64,000 nt of DNA from Eutreptiella sp. 'Long Island Sound 2002' (Eukaryota > Protista > Euglenida), in NCBI GenBank assembly GCA_964036045.1, contig OZ038378.1, positions 159,092,001-159,156,000 of the forward strand. Direction: 5' to 3'. A program made the position numbers and the translations under genes. Under the pieces are notes generated by a model. It worked only from the letters and a program-made list of their open reading frames with translations, did no database searches and had not been told where the DNA came from. Below are positions 59,786-64,000 of this stretch, piece by piece. How positions within the stretch are numbered: position 1 is the first letter of the stretch; each line of letters begins with the position of its first letter.

Positions 59786-60817
59786 GTGTTGCATAGTGTG
59801 TTCTTTGCACTGATGGTTGGGTCCGATGCAAATGGGGGTACAGGACAAGGGGGGGCCAGTCCCGCAACGAGCGCATCTTCAGCAGAGGTGGTCCAGGATC
59901 ACAGAGCCGCGGACATGATCACTGAGGCAGTGGACCAGGTGCGATCCGACTGGAAGAAGTGGACAGCAGGGCCATACGGGGTATTGCTACAAAGCGAGGC
60001 GTACACGATGAACGTGGCGGAATGGGAAATCGGCATACATGAGTGGCTGGCAGTGGAGGACGTGTCGGATGAAATGCTGCAGCAGTTCATGGACACGGTC
60101 GGAGGCGACTTCACCGATAAGGCGGACTTGATCAGAGCGATGGGGGTGTACCACGGCCGCAAGTACATGCGGCCAGACTTCGAGGCGGGAGTGTTCGTAA
60201 AAGATGCTTATGCCATCGTGGAGGCAGACAAGACGCCGGACAAACAGCGGATAGCCGAGCTGGAGGCGAAGTTGGCCAGGGCAACCCTCGAGATGGAAAA
60301 AGCCAAGGCGCGGGCGGCACCAGCGCTCACTGACGAGGAAATAGCGAAGATGCTGAGCAGGGCGCTGCCTTATCAGTGGATGACCACACTGGCGTCCGCG
60401 GTGGCTGAGCTGCAGACCAGGCCCCTGAATGCGGAGAATTGGCGTGAGGACAAGTTTGTGCTGGCGGTGTGGAACGTACTACACCAAGAGATCCTGGCAA
60501 AACAAAATGGTAGAGCGACAGTCCAACAGCAGAGTGCGCAGACGCCGCAAACACCGAAACAGCAGCCGAGCACCAATGGCGAGGGACGACCTGCCAAACC
60601 AGGCAGATGTTTCCGGTGCGGCGAGGACGGGCACTGGGCTGCAGACTGCGGTAAGAAGGGATCCTCTGGAGGTTTCCAGCAGGTCGGCGACACCAGGCTC
60701 TGGGTATCGGCCAAAGGAGTTGCGTACGACACCAGCAAACCGCCCCCCACGCCGTGCATAACATGTGGCCTCATGCACTGGTCCAAGGACCCCTGCCCGA
60801 CTGGGGAGGGTCACTGA
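59786..60817 (+). CDS. gag: Gag-like ORF1 with CCHC zinc knuckle
   Basis: Coiled-coil segment, CFRCGEDGHWAADC knuckle and a second CITCGLMHWSKDPC motif; first ATG at about 59812. Confidence 0.8.
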   Translation: MLHSVFFALMVGSDANGGTGQGGASPATSASSAEVVQDHRAADMITEAVDQVRSDWKKWTAGPYGVLLQSEAYTMNVAEWEIGIHEWLAVEDVSDEMLQQFMDTVGGDFTDKADLIRAMGVYHGRKYMRPDFEAGVFVKDAYAIVEADKTPDKQRIAELEAKLARATLEMEKAKARAAPALTDEEIAKMLSRALPYQWMTTLASAVAELQTRPLNAENWREDKFVLAVWNVLHQEILAKQNGRATVQQQSAQTPQTPKQQPSTNGEGRPAKPGRCFRCGEDGHWAADCGKKGSSGGFQQVGDTRLWVSAKGVAYDTSKPPPTPCITCGLMHWSKDPCPTGEGH

Positions 60818-61800
60818 AGGAGCGGAGGGTGCCCGGAGGTCCCCACTGGGGCCCCCACAGTCCGCGATGCATGGGAGGCACTACAGCATGTCCGGAGGCT
60901 CACGCACACAGACTCAGGGTCAAGCACGGGAGCGACAGCCATCCGTGTCGTGGAACTAGGGTCACTGGACACGTACACCAGTGCACTTCGACAAGCGTTA
61001 CTGGCCGGATCGCCAGATGAGCTCATGGTGGACGCTGTGGAGAGGAGACTCAATGTCTTGGCGGCCAAGGGAAAGAGCGGGTCCAGCGCGACCGCACTCA
61101 TCTCAGGGATGCGATTACTGGAGAAACTGCGCATCATCAAAACGGTGATTACCGAAGTCCACTGGATGCAAGCCAGGGCGATTGGTAAGGGATGGGCACG
61201 CAGGGCGCAACCCAAGCCAGTCACCACATGGGACCACATCGAGGCGATTACCACCAGCCGGGGCCACTAGGCCTGGGGACGGCTGGTTTTCCTGGCCATC
61301 TGCAGCATCGTGTACCTCTGGAGAGTGGGCGACACGGTTAGCGTCACGTGGGAGTGGATATCAGTGCCGGGGTTCGTCACCTTCTGGGACGAGAAGCGCA
61401 ACAAGAAGGTACGCCCTCTCGCCCACATACGCCCTCTCGCCTTTCCTCGAGGCATGAGGGGCGTACCTCTGGAAACACTGGACTAATGGCTGGAATTGCC
61501 TATGGCGGGGACATTCACTCTATCGGAACCGACCATTGATCCCCCTCTGGAAACACAGGCCTGGACACGTGCAATTACGACAGCCGCTGGTCCCAGGAGG
61601 AAGGTCCGTGCTACAAACGGTGCTCCAGCAAGTGGTGCAGCATCGAGACCTCGCGAAAGCCGCCTGGCATGGCCTCAAGAAGCTGGGAGCCGTATCCTGG
61701 GGACACCAAGGCGGAAAGTTACGGGGATTGCAAGTCTGGGGTCGCTGGTGGACACAGGCCCAGTCCAGACATTATTGGAAGACGCCACCAGGATGGACAT
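60818..61800 (+). pseudogene. Tyrosine recombinase, disrupted (TAG at 61268-61270 and a frameshift around 61410-61560)
   Basis: N-terminal helical region, then LAICSIVYLWRVGD (catalytic R), WHGLKKLGA (H-x-x-R box with K), WGRW and RHY (catalytic Y at about 61773). Confidence 0.75.
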
Positions 61801-62644
61801 TACCGGCAGAAATCCATGTGCCTTGGCCGGTGGGAGACAGCGGATGGTTGGCCAGAGATGTGGAGGGGCGGCTGGTCAAGCCCAAGTCGCTCTGGCCCAC
61901 GGATGCATGGTTACCAGTGCCGAAGATCCCAGCAGCCATGTTCACCAGGGGCGATAGGGACGACCCTGAATCGCCGGGGGAAGACTCGGACACATCCAGC
62001 GCCTGCACGTCCGATGAGGAGCCAGAAGCAGAAGACGAGGAGACACCAACGACAGAGCTGGTGGAGTTGCTGGAAAAATTCGACACTGTCGCTCAAGGAG
62101 CAGAAGAGCCGCAGATCCCGATTGGTATGGGTACTGAGGATGGGGACACCGGGGTGGAGCCAACTTCTGACAGGCCTGCTGCTGCAGCGAGCGACAGTGG
62201 ACCTACCGAGGAACATGTGGTACACGTTGTGGCGGATGACTCAGATGATGCTGGTGACGCAGCTAGCGACCTGGGGACGAGCGCTGCAGCGCCAGCGGCG
62301 GCGAGCGACATGGATGTTCGACGAAAGCGACAACGTGATGACGACGATCTGCCCGACAGCGCCAAGCGAGTATGCACAAGGGAGCGCGAAGACGGGAGCG
62401 AGCAGCCTGTGCGGGAACCCGAATCCGACACAGCCCCACACTTTGGGTATGTGGTCACAGCGGCTCGGTGCGGTCCACAGTACCAGCTGTGGAGACCTGT
62501 GCAGGTGCACCACACTGGCTCACATGAAGTGCCCAGAATGCGGGGACCTGGTGACGGATCACTGCATACAGGCCTCCAAGAAGGTGGCGGAGACGATCCG
62601 GGTGAAGGAGCGGACGGTGAAGGATCTACTGAGGGATTACATGA

Positions 62645-64000
62645 TGACTACTATGTGCCCATGGAACGAGGAGGCCGGACGAGTCAGCCATCACCTGGGA
62701 GCGGTCATGCATGAACTGGCCACCAATGTGGAGGCAGCCACGGACATCTCACCGCCGGACATCAGCACATCTTCCTCACGAAGGCATGGGTCTAAGCTGG
62801 TGGTGCCAGTGGAGGTGGCCGAGAAGGGTCTGGGGGACACAAGAGCTATTGACATACCGGACAGGGTTTGGGATGCCATGGCACCGGCTAATTTCCTGTG
62901 GGCGTCTGAGGGCACCCCCCCCCCAGCCATTTTCGTCGGACCCGCCATTAGTAGCACTAGTTCACACCTTGTTAGGGCAGCAGCTTGTTGCGGTTTCCCC
63001 GTCGCAAAAGCCACCGAATGCACGGGCGTATGTCCAGCACAAGAATGAGCACAAGTGCTCCTTGATCCTGCCTATGCTGGACTTGAATGCCCGCTGTGTG
63101 GACCCCCTGCCGTTTAAATTGCCCACGCTGGATGGGCTGGCACACCTGCTGCAGTTGTGCGCACTACGAGGGGAGCAATTGTTTTACTGCACCCTCGATA
63201 TAAGCAACCATTTCTGGAGCTGCCGACTGCCCCCAACACAGCGGGACAGCATCAGGGTGGGGGTGGGGGGGCGGGTGTACGCACTGCAGTCCCTGCCTTT
63301 CGGTTGGAAGCACAGCCCCTCCATGGCGCAAGCCATTTTGGCAGCCTTCCTTGTAGAGTATTTCCCAGGGTCGGTGGTGGTGATCCAATATGCAGACAAT
63401 GTGTTGGTGGCAGGCAGGCACTCCGACTCGGTCCAACAGCAGGCACTGCGCACGAAGGCGGACCTCAAAAGGGCCGGTTGGGTGGTCAGCCCAAAGTCTT
63501 CCCTGGACCCCAGCAATCGTGTGAAGTGGATGGGGAAGGTAGTCGGGGGGGACCAGGGCGGAGTGCAGAATGCCCCAGCACTGCAGGCACACCTCATCTG
63601 CTGTTGGCTTCGACTAGCCACCACCGGGTATACGGAAAAAGCGCCGAGGCGCATGCTGGGGAAACTACAGTGGGCAGTGCGGCCGGGGAGGGGGGCACAG
63701 CCATTCTTGGCTGGTGCTTACCGTTGGCTCAACCAGGGACCCAGCATTGCAAAGTGCACCCCACCCAAGGTTCTGCGTGGCCTCTTGGAAGGCATTGCCT
63801 GTGCGTTGGTCCCATGGGTGCCCCACGGCACTCTAGGGTCCACCGATACCATTTACTGCGACGCGGCCCGGCAGGGCCAGAAGTATTTTGTTGGTTTGTG
63901 GGGGGATTCACTGGGGATGCGTATAAAGATGCTACCTGATTGGGTGGCTACACAGCAAGCAGCGGAGCTGGCGGGTATTGTCGAGACAGTGCGCATGGGG
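62645..64000 (+). CDS. pol: Reverse transcriptase-RNase H ORF of the YR element (open to the window end, so absent from the ORF track)
   Basis: Manual translation: KNEHKCSLILPMLDLN...PFKLPTL...CTLDISNHFW...SLPFGWKHSP...IQYADNVLV...SPKS...KWMG...GKLQW...IYCDAA...TQQAAEL. No stop from 62645 to 64000. Confidence 0.85.

Larger units (their letters stand above)
59750..64000 (+). mobile_element. Tyrosine-recombinase retrotransposon, gag-YR-RT-RNase H order (VIPER/TATE-like), running off the window end
   Basis: The domain motifs listed in the next three features occur in this order on one strand. Confidence 0.85.

Overview
Eukaryotic, GC-rich, repeat-dense nuclear DNA with many G/C homopolymer runs. 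I found no rRNA, tRNA, CRISPR array or prokaryotic operon. A euglenozoan, most likely euglenid, host is inferred but not proven: it rests on a VIPER/TATE-type retrotransposon and on CAG...CTG-ended elements matching the euglenid nonconventional-intron signature. Host genes: (i) a + strand gene of at least 9 phase-compatible GT-AG exons (about 23.8-43.35 kb) encoding a long disordered protein; (ii) a + strand membrane-anchored protein gene fragment (9.5-15.1 kb); (iii) an orphan EF-hand exon on the - strand. Most of the rest is mobile DNA: a 5'-truncated Penelope-like RT followed by a hammerhead-like motif, hAT-type MITEs (8-bp TSD), TA-TSD MITEs, decayed LINE and RNase H relics, and several tandem arrays. 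At the right end, a young RNase H-bearing L1/Tx1-like LINE with a poly(A) tail and a 28-bp target duplication sits in a palindromic site just upstream of a gag-YR-RT-RNase H retrotransposon. Best leads: that nested LINE/YR pair and its target; the hAT MITEs whose geometry equals a scarlessly spliced nonconventional intron; two unrelated RTs with DN instead of DD; and a 21-bp minisatellite grown from a splice donor. All calls are by eye, with no database searches. Most short ORFs in the supplied track are GC/repeat artefacts.
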